Source of the DNA: Candidatus Helarchaeota archaeon
GTDB taxonomy: Archaea; Asgardarchaeota; Lokiarchaeia; Helarchaeales; RDOG01
Direction: 5' to 3'
Length of the DNA stretch: 64,000 bases
NCBI GenBank assembly: GCA_019058315.1
Contig: JAHPZH010000003.1
Span: 105,669 to 169,668 of the forward strand
Position numbers and translations under genes: made by a program. Positions 39,872-50,038 of this stretch are shown one piece after another. Numbering within the stretch: position 1 is the stretch's first letter; each line of letters begins with the position of its first letter. Below the pieces are notes generated by a model. That model was not told the DNA's origin. It searched no databases and worked only from the letters and a program-made list of their open reading frames with translations.

Positions 39872-40987
39872 TTATCTAAAAATTTCATTAATTAACGAAG
39901 GGGTTTCCTTTTCAAATTCCGAAATATTACCACAAAAATCCTGTAAAAGAGCATCAAAATGAACTTCAAATCTTTTACAAAATTCAGAAAGTGCTTGAGA
40001 TATTAAAGCAATTGGTTCCCCTTGTAATATTAAAGCTATCCGGACATATTTCCCATCTTCAATTTCTATTTCAAAATCATGATATGAAAGTTTTTTCATA
40101 GGAGTCTCCTTTTTTGTAATTTCTAATCCAAAACTTTGTATAGCGGTTAAAAATCCACCGATAAGATCTCCATCTAGTTCTTCATCAATAAAGCTATAAG
40201 CAGAAAGAACAACACCACTTGTTTTAAGAATTACCATTAAATGAGTTAAAATATTGGAGATATATTGTTTTTCGAATGACTTTAAATTCTCGTTGATTCT
40301 ATTACGACCCCAATCTATTTTTTTTACTATCTCTTTGCTACTATCCACAGTATTTGAATATAAATTTGCATTATTTTCAGCATAAGATAAAATTTGGTGA
40401 CTAAGCTTAATCATATTATATTGTAAATCTATCATTGTCCTTTTCGAACATGATTCTTGCTCTAAATCAATCAATTTTTGTTTAATTCGGTTTATAATAT
40501 CATAGTAGTCAGAATCAGGAAAATTCTTTTTAGCTTCACCGACAAGACTATCAAGAGAGGATAATACTTCATTTAAAGGATGAATTGAATCACAATATGA
40601 GTAAAAATCAAAAAGTGAGTTTATAAGATTAAAAGAATTATATATTTTACCACCAATTAAAGACATTAAAGATTGAAATGAAGATTTTTTAAGAGGTTGA
40701 TAACTCCCTTTAACTTCTAGTTTCTTAAATTTTGAAATTTTAATGGATGGAGCTTTTTCCTCTTTGATTTCAAATTCATTTATTGATTTTATTTTTAAAT
40801 CACTTCCATTATCAATTGATGAATTTGAAGATTTTTTTAATAATTCTGAATCAATTTCTTTTTCTACTTCAATTTTTAACCCCTTAAAATCCTTTATTTT
40901 CAATTTTCTGGTTTTTTCTTTGTTTTTTTCTACTTTAATGTCGAGACCTTTTATTTTTATACCTCGCTTTTTTTTTCTATCGGACGT
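39872..40987 (-). CDS. Soluble protein with C-terminal longin domain; probable ACG start at 40987 (ORF track start 40903)
   Basis: HLMVILKTSGVVL...DLIGGFLTAIQSFGLEI...FCGNISEF longin signature; frame is open to 40999; AGGAGGT lies 7 nt before the ACG. Confidence 0.75.
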   Translation of the reverse strand, partial: TSDRKKKRGIKIKGLDIKVEKNKEKTRKLKIKDFKGLKIEVEKEIDSELLKKSSNSSIDNGSDLKIKSINEFEIKEEKAPSIKISKFKKLEVKGSYQPLKKSSFQSLMSLIGGKIYNSFNLINSLFDFYSYCDSIHPLNEVLSSLDSLVGEAKKNFPDSDYYDIINRIKQKLIDLEQESCSKRTMIDLQYNMIKLSHQILSYAENNANLYSNTVDSSKEIVKKIDWGRNRINENLKSFEKQYISNILTHLMVILKTSGVVLSAYSFIDEELDGDLIGGFLTAIQSFGLEITKKETPMKKLSYHDFEIEIEDGKYVRIALILQGEPIALISQALSEFCKRFEVHFDALLQDFCGNISEFEKETPSLINEIFR

Positions 40988-41136
40988 CCGGGTTACCTCC
41001 TAATTGTTTTATTATAATTATTCTAATAAAATATTTGTTTTAAATTAAATTTCAAATGGATTTAAATTAAAAAAAATTCAACTATACAATTAACTAGAAA
41101 TAATGATATTAGAAAATAGTAAAATTAGTCACAAAT

Positions 41137-42042
41137 TTAACTTAATATAAGTTCCATGTATTTTTTTGGTTTGAAGGGCTCCAAATTATCATAAGATTGA
41201 CCATTTCCTAAGAAAAGTATTGGTTTTTTACTGATATAAGCCACTGATATTATAGCCCCACCTTTAACATCAGCATCCGCCATATTTAGGATTGATGCAT
41301 CAACACCAACTTCTTTGGAGAATATCCTAATTTGTTCATATGCAGAATTTCCAACTAACAATGACGCTACAAAAATTCTTAAATCTGGTTCAGCTACCCT
41401 ACAAATTTTATTCATTTCTTGGATTAAATTCTTATTAGTTTCCATTCTACCTGCTGTATCAATCAAGACTACATTAATGTGTTTGCTTATCGCATGATTG
41501 ATTGCATCAAATGCCACTGAAGCTGGATCTGAACCATAATCGTGTTTTATTAAGCGAACATTTAAATTTTTGGCATGTTTTCCTAGTTGTTCAATGCTAC
41601 CTGCCCTAAATGTATCTGCGGCTGCTAATACTGATGTGTATTTATTATCCATAAAATATTTAACTAATTTTGCTATTGTTGTGGTTTTTCCGGTTCCATT
41701 AATACCTAAAAAGAGCAGAATAAGAGGTTCTCCGCGATTTTTCTTTTCTTCACATAATTTAAGTAAATCAATTGGATTTTCTGGTGTTAACATGTTAAGA
41801 ATTGTATTTTCTAAAGCTGAAAAACTGACATTTTTAATTTTTTCAAGTCTGCCTACTTTTTCACCAGATAAATCTTGTTTAAGGGAATCACAAATTTCGT
41901 CAGCTGCCGAAACAGCAACATCATTTCTAATTAGATTAAATCTGAGATCATCCAAATGTTTTTCTAAATTTTTTTCAGAAAGCATTTTAGTGGTAATTTT
42001 TTCATAAAATCCTTTAAAAGCCCCTTTTAATTTATCAAACAC
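41137..42042 (-). CDS. ftsY: Signal recognition particle receptor FtsY
   Basis: GINGTGKTTTIAKL, DTFRAGSIEQL, DTAGR, DVKGGA, KPILFLGNGQSYDNL. Confidence 0.96.
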   Translation of the reverse strand: MFDKLKGAFKGFYEKITTKMLSEKNLEKHLDDLRFNLIRNDVAVSAADEICDSLKQDLSGEKVGRLEKIKNVSFSALENTILNMLTPENPIDLLKLCEEKKNRGEPLILLFLGINGTGKTTTIAKLVKYFMDNKYTSVLAAADTFRAGSIEQLGKHAKNLNVRLIKHDYGSDPASVAFDAINHAISKHINVVLIDTAGRMETNKNLIQEMNKICRVAEPDLRIFVASLLVGNSAYEQIRIFSKEVGVDASILNMADADVKGGAIISVAYISKKPILFLGNGQSYDNLEPFKPKKYMELILS

Positions 42043-42074
42043 AAAATTTCAACTCAAAAATGAAGAAATCAATC

Positions 42075-42521
42075 TTATGAGGAAGGCGGCGGACCTGGTT
42101 CTTGTCCCTGTTGTAATCTGCTGTATAATTCCTGGAATTTAGGTCTTAACTCATTCATTTGATTTGCATATGCTTGTAATCTTCCACCTAATGCTTGTTG
42201 TCCTTGTCTTAAATCGTTAATTCTTGAATCAATATTTTCTTTTGCGTTCGCAATAGTGACCTCTGCAAAATAATCGCTACCAAGATTAATAATTAATTTT
42301 TTTGTATCTGTAATTTTTGCCTTTAAATATGCAACTCCGCCCACAGGAATAAGGATCTCTTGCCCCTCTTCCACTGTTTTCAAATTTTCAATCGTAAAGT
42401 TGGAATTTTCTAAGTTCATAATTGATGTGTCGATTAATTGCAATTGACTTTGTAATCGTTCAATTTGTTCTTCTAAAAATTTAATCTGTATTGCCATTTT
42501 ATTTAAATCATTCATATTCAT
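42075..42521 (-). CDS. pfdA: Prefoldin alpha subunit
   Basis: EILIPVGGVAYLKAKI...IINLGSDYFAE flanked by coiled coils; directly upstream of ftsY. Confidence 0.93.
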   Translation of the reverse strand: MNMNDLNKMAIQIKFLEEQIERLQSQLQLIDTSIMNLENSNFTIENLKTVEEGQEILIPVGGVAYLKAKITDTKKLIINLGSDYFAEVTIANAKENIDSRINDLRQGQQALGGRLQAYANQMNELRPKFQELYSRLQQGQEPGPPPSS

Positions 42522-42857
42522 AATATAATTACTCCTTTATTTATCTTTTAAATTTACTTTCATTTGGTTCTTTTAACTCTTCTGTTGATTTATCTTAATA
42601 TCTATAAGTTTAAATTTAAGATGTCAACCAATAATTTGATATAATTATTTTAAAACAGCTTGTTCTCTAATAGCTAATAAAAATAATTGATATTATTGGT
42701 AATTTCTTAATTTTTTAAGATAATTAGTAAATCTTAATCCAGTGTTAACTTCTTATCCAATTCTATCGAGTACTTGGAAATAAATTTATCTATTATAATA
42801 TTAAATGTCTTTTTGAAATTGAAATTTTTAATTTAAATTTTAATAACAATTGGAGCG

Positions 42858-43463
42858 ATGCTAATTTTGGGAATAAATGATGCGATTCCTCCTCATGTGC
42901 GACAAAATATCAGCACAGGCGAAGAAATCATATCAACTTTTCGTGGGAATTATAAAAGGAAGTCTAAATCTTCTCCTAAGAATTGGAATAATTGTTTAAT
43001 GATTTTAACGACTGAAAAGCTGTTAATTGATTCTGAGAAAAAAAAAGCTATTGAAAAACTTTCTCTTTCAAATGTGCTCTCTGTTGAACGCTCAAAAGTA
43101 AATAAATTGAGAATATTTTATACTCCAAGAGAGACTTCCGAAGAAGAAAAAATAACCTTAGAAATAGAAAAAAATAAGGGCGAGAAAAAGGAAGATTTCA
43201 CTAATAGATTAGACGAAATAACCCAAAATATCGAGGTTTTTTATGATTCTGCTGAAGAGGACTCAGAATCTGAAGATAAGGGGACTTCTATTATTCCAGA
43301 TTTAATTATTAAACCCACAAGTCCTATGGGCATTCCATCTGAAGCTAAAGAAGTAAAAAATAAGAAGGCTATTATTACAGGAAGACGGTTTTGTCCCAAT
43401 TGTGGAGAAAAATTGCCACAAGGAGGTAAATTTTGTGCTGCTTGTGGCACACAAGTTAATTAA
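42858..43463 (+). CDS. PH-like domain plus C-terminal zinc ribbon protein
   Basis: GEEII...LMILTTEKLLI...LSNVLSVE (bacterial-PH-like); FCPNCG...FCAACG. Confidence 0.65.
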   Translation: MLILGINDAIPPHVRQNISTGEEIISTFRGNYKRKSKSSPKNWNNCLMILTTEKLLIDSEKKKAIEKLSLSNVLSVERSKVNKLRIFYTPRETSEEEKITLEIEKNKGEKKEDFTNRLDEITQNIEVFYDSAEEDSESEDKGTSIIPDLIIKPTSPMGIPSEAKEVKNKKAIITGRRFCPNCGEKLPQGGKFCAACGTQVN

Positions 43464-43480
43464 AAAATGGTGATTTTGAT

Positions 43481-44743
43481 ATGTTTTACACTAAGGTCCC
43501 TATAGCAATAGAGGGTATTGAAAAGTCTTTTACTGTTTTTAATCATACTTGGAAATATTTATTTGAACAAGTCCGTGAGAATTTAACTTTTGTATTTAAT
43601 AATCAAAGAGAGCAACTTTTAGATTATTTGAATTTTTTAACAGGTGAGTGTTGTGAAAAACAAGCAAATAACGAAAGTAAGATTGTATTTGCCGCTGCAG
43701 GGCGCTCTCTGTTTATGGGCGCAAAGCCCTTAGCACATCGATTAGCTCAACTAGATTATAATGTGGAATATCCATATCCAGAAATTAATATAACAGGACC
43801 ACCTTCCTCGAAAATTAATGAAGGGGATACAATTATTGCCATATCAACATCAGGAAGAACTGCAAGTGTTGTTCAAAAGGTTGAATATGGGAGAACAGCA
43901 AGTTGTGATATAATTATTGAATGCGGAAGGCCTGGATCAAAGATATCTGAGGGACCATATACAGTATTTATTCATGTTCCTGATAAATTAAATGAAGAAA
44001 AGTTAAAGGGAACACATGCAGATTTAATTTTTACTCCATTAGGTACAACTTCTGAATTCACACATGCAGTTTTTTCTGAATTGCTTGGAAGGGGTTTGTA
44101 CGAAATGAAAATTAATAATAAGGAAGCGGATGAATCATTAAAAATTATGGAGAAAAGTATGGAGCAGATGATCACAACAGGCGAGGCAGACCTAAATAAA
44201 TGTGTATTAGATTGTGTAGATGATATAAAAGAATTTATTGCTAATATGATCTTGAAATTCTATTCAAATCACACAATTCATTTATTTGGGCGAGGAAAAA
44301 TTTTTGATATGCAAATTGCCCCCTTTGAAATGAGATTACGTCAAATGCCACATGGTTTTATCACATCAATTATTGATTATGCAACTATGAATAGACCTGT
44401 ACGACCAGGCCAATTAGTAATATTAAGTTCTGGTTCGGGAGCACTTTCCATGACTGCAGAAAAAGTTAAAAAATTAGGTGCAATGATAATAGGTATCACG
44501 TCACAGAAGCAATCACCATTCTACGACTTATTAGATATTAAAATACATTTAAATGGGAGAAAAAGTATGAAAAAATATGATTGGGAACTAAGACAGTGGA
44601 AAGGTGGAACTAGTCAATGGGCTCCTGAAGGGTCACAATTTGAGATTAACGGGAGTGTATTCTTTGAAGCAATTTTTGCAGGTATTTGTAATTATGCAGG
44701 TGTAACAGAGAGCGATTTAGCTTATGGACATGTTAATTTATAA
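43481..44743 (+). CDS. Tandem double-SIS protein, 3-hexulose-6-phosphate isomerase (HxlB/PHI)-like
   Basis: Two repeats: AAAGRS..AHRLAQL/ISTSGRT/FTPLGTTSE and FGRGK..EMRLRQM/LSSGSG/WAPEGSQFE; C-terminal HVNL. Confidence 0.75.
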   Translation: MFYTKVPIAIEGIEKSFTVFNHTWKYLFEQVRENLTFVFNNQREQLLDYLNFLTGECCEKQANNESKIVFAAAGRSLFMGAKPLAHRLAQLDYNVEYPYPEINITGPPSSKINEGDTIIAISTSGRTASVVQKVEYGRTASCDIIIECGRPGSKISEGPYTVFIHVPDKLNEEKLKGTHADLIFTPLGTTSEFTHAVFSELLGRGLYEMKINNKEADESLKIMEKSMEQMITTGEADLNKCVLDCVDDIKEFIANMILKFYSNHTIHLFGRGKIFDMQIAPFEMRLRQMPHGFITSIIDYATMNRPVRPGQLVILSSGSGALSMTAEKVKKLGAMIIGITSQKQSPFYDLLDIKIHLNGRKSMKKYDWELRQWKGGTSQWAPEGSQFEINGSVFFEAIFAGICNYAGVTESDLAYGHVNL

Positions 44744-44800
44744 TTTAATTAAACCACGTTATTTTAAAAATGAAATAAAGAAAAAAAATAAAAAAAGAAT

Positions 44801-46894
44801 TTAAGCATAGATCAAGAACAGTTTACCTGCTTCAAAGAACGATAATAAAAGCGTAGAAATTATTATAGATGTTATCAGACTTTTTGATCGTTGATAAACA
44901 TATCCATTTAAAATAGACAAAGCAAAGAAGGCTAACATAACGACTCCAAATACCAAGAAAAACATAGCTGGGCTTACTATTGATGAAAATGATATAGACA
45001 TACCTATACCGAAGTTTAAACCAATAACAATTCCGCTAATTAAAGCATTAAATAATAAAGATTTCCACTGTTTTAATTTTCTCCGACCTTTATCCATTTT
45101 TGTCTGAATAAGCCCTCTAAAAGTTAATTCATAGACAATTGCTTGAAGACAAAGAACACCCATTAATACAAAGAAATCGGCATAAACCTCCGCCTCAAAT
45201 GGTCTGGGGAGCATTAATGGAACATGGACCGAATAAGCAAGAGGATTATATATTGCAATAGTGGGTAAAAATGCCAGAAATCCGATTACTAATCCACGAA
45301 GTGCTGATTTAGGAGAAAGTCCAAAATCTTCTAACTTTAACCCTTGTTTTTTCCATTCATATAGTATTATAGCAATAATAGCAGGGAGCTGGAAAAGCGC
45401 ACTAAATAATGTAAATAGATTCATTAAGTCCCACAACCAAAATCGGGTAAAGGAAGTAATAGGAAACACATATCTAAATAATGTAATTCCCAAAACACCA
45501 AAGCCGATAAATATAGAAGAATACATCAAAATTTTACGAAGTAATTGATTTTTTTCATAAGATTTTGCGATTTCTGATTTTGAGACTACTTTTTGCTTTA
45601 TCCATGAAGCTAGATAAGAGGTCATTACTGGAATAATTCCAATTGCGCCTACTAGGAGACAGATCCAGCCAGCCGATCTCTGGTACATGTCCGAGAAGTA
45701 TGTCGGAGCTAATAGAGATATTGCTCTTTCACCATTCCATGTAACATTCATTGCTTCATTAAACCACAACATAAGATTAATAGCTACTTCATCACCTAAA
45801 GCTTCTTTTATATGATCAGTTCCTGGAAGCAATACAAGTCTCCTTGCAGTTCCTCTTGTAGTATTTCCATAATCCCAAAAGAGTTTTCCAAGGATATTTT
45901 CAAGTATTTCAATATCCTCTACATTATAATGGGTAGCATTAGCTGTTGCATTTCTCATAATATTTATCTGGGCTAATGGATTAGTGAGTTGATCGTCCCA
46001 GCCGGTGATCAGGCAGTAATTTCTAATATTTGTGCTGTTAATAAAATTTACTACAGACCTTGCTTCCATTTGGTATGGTACTGTTAAAGGTTGATTGTTC
46101 CCTAACCAACCCCAAGTTCTAAAAAGCCAATTAATAGAGGGTTCCGAAAAAACAGTTCCATATTTTATTTCATCAGGCAGATAAATAAGAACAGGCGATA
46201 TATCGTTACTAAAGCGGCTGACCGAAGAAATAATAGTATCCAACATATCATCCCAAGAATAAATTGCCCCACATGCAGTTATGTTACCTCCAGTACCGAT
46301 TTTATTTCCAGTGACAGGATTTGTCCAATTATCGAAAATTCCAGCCCGTGTCGTTGTGATGCCTCCCATTGAATGTCCAGATACACCAATTTTACTCGTA
46401 TCGACATCCCAACACATATATTTTAAGTAATCAACTGCAGAATAGACTCCAGCAAGAGTTTGAATCCCCATATCCCATAACCCTCCTGAATCGCCATGAC
46501 CAGGGTGTGCAATCGAAAGAACTTTAAATCCAGCCATTGCTAAAGCTCTCGGAATATTATATTGGATTTCAGGATTAGCTATCATCCCATGCATAAATAC
46601 AACTGCAGGTAATTTATAATCATTTTCAGGGTGAAGAAGGTTGAAATAAATAGGTGGTGTATATAGATATCCAGAAACGGTGTAATCTTGAATATAATTT
46701 ATGGTTTGAGTTGAAAAATAGGTATTAAGTTCATAAGTGTATCGTGGATTTGTACGAAATGAAATTCTATCTTGTCGAACTTCGTTAAAAGTACCATTAG
46801 CAGCCATTAATGGACCTAATACACATAATAGTCCACAGATCAAGAACCAGATACGTCGATTAAAGACCATCCTTATGATGTCTAAAAATCGCAT
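44801..46894 (-). CDS. Membrane alpha/beta hydrolase fused to a degenerate CPBP (Abi/CAAX protease-like) domain
   Basis: VVFMHG, PGHGDSGG, GHSMGG nucleophile, GWDDQL, GTDH; C-terminal TMs with YELTFRGLIQ. Confidence 0.8.
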   Translation of the reverse strand: MRFLDIIRMVFNRRIWFLICGLLCVLGPLMAANGTFNEVRQDRISFRTNPRYTYELNTYFSTQTINYIQDYTVSGYLYTPPIYFNLLHPENDYKLPAVVFMHGMIANPEIQYNIPRALAMAGFKVLSIAHPGHGDSGGLWDMGIQTLAGVYSAVDYLKYMCWDVDTSKIGVSGHSMGGITTTRAGIFDNWTNPVTGNKIGTGGNITACGAIYSWDDMLDTIISSVSRFSNDISPVLIYLPDEIKYGTVFSEPSINWLFRTWGWLGNNQPLTVPYQMEARSVVNFINSTNIRNYCLITGWDDQLTNPLAQINIMRNATANATHYNVEDIEILENILGKLFWDYGNTTRGTARRLVLLPGTDHIKEALGDEVAINLMLWFNEAMNVTWNGERAISLLAPTYFSDMYQRSAGWICLLVGAIGIIPVMTSYLASWIKQKVVSKSEIAKSYEKNQLLRKILMYSSIFIGFGVLGITLFRYVFPITSFTRFWLWDLMNLFTLFSALFQLPAIIAIILYEWKKQGLKLEDFGLSPKSALRGLVIGFLAFLPTIAIYNPLAYSVHVPLMLPRPFEAEVYADFFVLMGVLCLQAIVYELTFRGLIQTKMDKGRRKLKQWKSLLFNALISGIVIGLNFGIGMSISFSSIVSPAMFFLVFGVVMLAFFALSILNGYVYQRSKSLITSIIISTLLLSFFEAGKLFLIYA

Positions 46895-47096
46895 AGAATA
46901 TCCTCCATAATTTAGGATATTATTTTGTTAATTGTGGAATTATTTAAATTTTTTTTAATATATCACACTACTAATTCTCATTTTCGACAAAAATAAGATA
47001 TTTAGATTTTAAATATCCGTTTATAATCGTGTATAATTGTAATTCTTAATTAAATCTCTTTGTTATTTTCTTTTGAATAATAAAAAAAGTAATATT

Positions 47097-48227
47097 TTAA
47101 GCACTAAAGATGTTCATGTCAAAGTTCTCAAGACCCAGTTTTTTTAAGTCAAGAGTTGGATCATCTCTTACTTTCTCCATAATAATCGCATTTTTAGTAC
47201 AATTAACTGCGCATACACCACATCCAATACAGATGTCATACTTTATGATTATCTTTTCGTCAGATAAATCTTCCTCGATCGGAAATTTATGAAATATTGC
47301 ATTCATTGGACATTTTTTAACGCAAGTTCCACATTTGACACATAGTTCATTGTTAATTTGTGGTTGAAAATTGCTTTGTTTGACTACAGGTACTCCGTAT
47401 TTCGCCGCTGGGTAAAGCCCTCCACAGTGGCAACTGCAACAATTACATATCAACATATTAGATTGGGGTCCTGAGATATTTCCTCCATTATGGACCAATC
47501 CAGCTTTTTCTGCTTTTTTAAGATAATCGATGGCTTCCTCTTTACTAAGTTTTCTTCCGATTCCCATATCTACAAGTTGCTTTGCAATAATTCCTGCAAC
47601 AAAACATCCTACATCTTTTGGTGCGACTTTACAAAGATCGCCTTCGTACTCACCTATAAGTCGACATTGACAAGGTAATGCTGCCCAATAATCGTTTTGA
47701 TTTATCATTTCTTCCACTAATTCATACGGTAGAATTTGAGATTCTGGTTTAATTGTTTCATCAATATTAATGATTTTCTCTCTTGCCTCATATGGAAGTT
47801 TCGGGCGAAAAACTTCTACTTTTGCACTTAGAAACATTGAAGGTAAAACTTGATCAATTATTTCACGAAAAACCTTTGCTCCCTTCTTTAGATTTTCCTC
47901 TGTATCTTTAGCAGTTAGATAATATAATTCAAAAATCCCAGGAGCAAGAGGTAATAAACCAAATGAATTTCCAACTTTTAATATAGTTCCTTTTCTTGCA
48001 CAATTGTTTAAAATTTCCTTGACTTTCTCCTTTTCCATTCCTGCTATTTTAGCTAATTTTCTAGGAGTAGTTAATTTTCTAACACCCTCCATATGACTTA
48101 AGACTTTTGCTTCTTCTTCGGTCCAAATTATTCTTAAAAATTCAAGGACTTTTTTATGTTTCGGAGCACCTATTGGACCAGCTCTTAATTTATTCCTCAC
48201 AATATCGTAATAATCAACTTCAGTCAT
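47097..48227 (-). CDS. 4Fe-4S dicluster protein with N-terminal HTH-like region
   Basis: PCQCR, ICNCCSCHC, CVKCGTCVKKCP, CIGCGVCAVNC. Confidence 0.88.
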   Translation of the reverse strand: MTEVDYYDIVRNKLRAGPIGAPKHKKVLEFLRIIWTEEEAKVLSHMEGVRKLTTPRKLAKIAGMEKEKVKEILNNCARKGTILKVGNSFGLLPLAPGIFELYYLTAKDTEENLKKGAKVFREIIDQVLPSMFLSAKVEVFRPKLPYEAREKIINIDETIKPESQILPYELVEEMINQNDYWAALPCQCRLIGEYEGDLCKVAPKDVGCFVAGIIAKQLVDMGIGRKLSKEEAIDYLKKAEKAGLVHNGGNISGPQSNMLICNCCSCHCGGLYPAAKYGVPVVKQSNFQPQINNELCVKCGTCVKKCPMNAIFHKFPIEEDLSDEKIIIKYDICIGCGVCAVNCTKNAIIMEKVRDDPTLDLKKLGLENFDMNIFSA

Positions 48228-48311
48228 ATTTACTCAACTTGAACAGGTAATTATAATTAATTAGATCAAAAAATCTTAAAAAAACTAGCATAACTTGCTG
48301 ATATTAGTCAT

Positions 48312-48986
48312 TCAAACTATATCAAAAACTTGACCTAATCTCATAATTTCAGGACCTGTTGTATCATCCCCAACAACAGCACCATGAGAATTTGCAATAA
48401 CTCCAGACGCAATATATGGATATCCTGCATTTATTGTACCGATATCGACTTCCACCCTAAGGACCTCACCTAGCCATTCCAGAATTTCATGATTGGCATC
48501 AACATGAACTAATACACCTTTGTTTGTACAAAGTGCTTGCGATCCCACCAAACCAGGTTCTTCTGATCCGAGGATATTTCCTTTGACTATTTCTACGCCT
48601 AACGCATCCTCAATAATTTTCAATTGATTCCTTTCAAAGTCAGGATTTATAATTGCGGCTTTATCATTACAAAGAATATTATTTCCTAATGCAGTTAATT
48701 CAGTTCTAACTGTTGCTATATTGATATCCAATTGTTTTTGAAGTTTAATTTGCTCATTATCCGTTATAGTATGAGGGACTAGATATCCATTTTTATTTCC
48801 AATAGATAATGTATGTATGATGTGGGATTGTGCGATATTTATAGCAATACATGATACATTTAAGGTATTTTCTACTGTTTTTATTTCTCGTTTGGTTAAT
48901 CCTTCAGGAATTACACAATAATCATCAGTAGCAAATGAAAAAACGCCAATGTTTGGATTATTGAAAAAATTTTGCTTAATAATCAT
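48312..48986 (-). CDS. eif6: Translation initiation factor 6 (aIF6)
   Basis: [43 protein letters not shown]. Confidence 0.95.
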   Translation of the reverse strand: MIIKQNFFNNPNIGVFSFATDDYCVIPEGLTKREIKTVENTLNVSCIAINIAQSHIIHTLSIGNKNGYLVPHTITDNEQIKLQKQLDINIATVRTELTALGNNILCNDKAAIINPDFERNQLKIIEDALGVEIVKGNILGSEEPGLVGSQALCTNKGVLVHVDANHEILEWLGEVLRVEVDIGTINAGYPYIASGVIANSHGAVVGDDTTGPEIMRLGQVFDIV

Positions 48987-49102
48987 TTTTTTCTTTTTCT
49001 CGAATTATAAGATATTATTAAAAAAATGATACTCTTGATTATTTTAAAAAGAGTTTGAAAAAATTCTTTTATTATTTTACTACTTTTTTCTTTTGAAAAG
49101 CT

Positions 49103-50038
49103 TTGATTGAATTAAAAAATTTAACAAAAAAATTTAAGGAAACAGTTGCAGTTAATGATATCTCTTTAAAGATAGAAGATAAAGAAATTTTCGGTTTGTT
49201 AGGACCGAATGGGGCAGGTAAAACCACGTTACTCTTAATTATTGTTACCGTTTTGAGACCGACTTCGGGTACTGCAATAATTAATGGATTCGATGTATTA
49301 ACTCATCCAAATGAAGTTAGAAAGCAGATTGGTATATGTTTTCAAGATGTAAAATTGGATTGGTCTTTAAATTATAGAGAGATTTTAAATTGGCATGGGA
49401 AAGTTTGTGGTTTATCCAAAGAAATAAGAGAAAAGAGAATAGCTGATTTGACAAAGAAATTACGATTAGACGAAGCTGGAAAAAAAAGTGTATGGAAACT
49501 CTCGGGAGGTATGAGAAAAAAAGTTGAGGTATCTAAAATATTACTTCAACGCCCAAAAGTCGCTATTTTTGACGAACCTACCTCAAATTTAGACCCTGAA
49601 ATGAAAAACATAATTTGGGAATATATAGAAGCGATGAGAGATGAACATGGTAGTACTGTATTATTAGCAACAAATCAGATGGAAGAGGCAGATGAATTAT
49701 GTAAAAAGGATAGAATAGCTATTATTAATGAGGGAAAATTAATAACAATTGATTCACCAGTAAAACTTAAAGACTCAATTCCTGGGGGCGATATTATTGA
49801 AGTTAAAACAAATAAAAGTGCAGATGCAATTAAAGGAAAAATATTAAATATCGACCATGTTGTTGATGTCCAATTAACTGATAATGAGGCATATATTTAT
49901 CTAAATCATTCTGAAAAAATTGCGCCTCATATTTTACAGCTTTTCATAGAAAATGGGTTTACTATAAATAAGTTCAAAATGAGTGAACCTTCACTGGAGC
50001 AAGTTTTTTTTAAGTATACAAAACGGAGTTTATTATGA
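49103..50038 (+). CDS. ABC-2 (DrrA-like) exporter ATP-binding subunit
   Basis: GPNGAGKTT, LSGGM, FDEPT, EPSLEQVF; the H-switch reads TNQ rather than TH. Confidence 0.93.
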   Translation: MIELKNLTKKFKETVAVNDISLKIEDKEIFGLLGPNGAGKTTLLLIIVTVLRPTSGTAIINGFDVLTHPNEVRKQIGICFQDVKLDWSLNYREILNWHGKVCGLSKEIREKRIADLTKKLRLDEAGKKSVWKLSGGMRKKVEVSKILLQRPKVAIFDEPTSNLDPEMKNIIWEYIEAMRDEHGSTVLLATNQMEEADELCKKDRIAIINEGKLITIDSPVKLKDSIPGGDIIEVKTNKSADAIKGKILNIDHVVDVQLTDNEAYIYLNHSEKIAPHILQLFIENGFTINKFKMSEPSLEQVFFKYTKRSLL

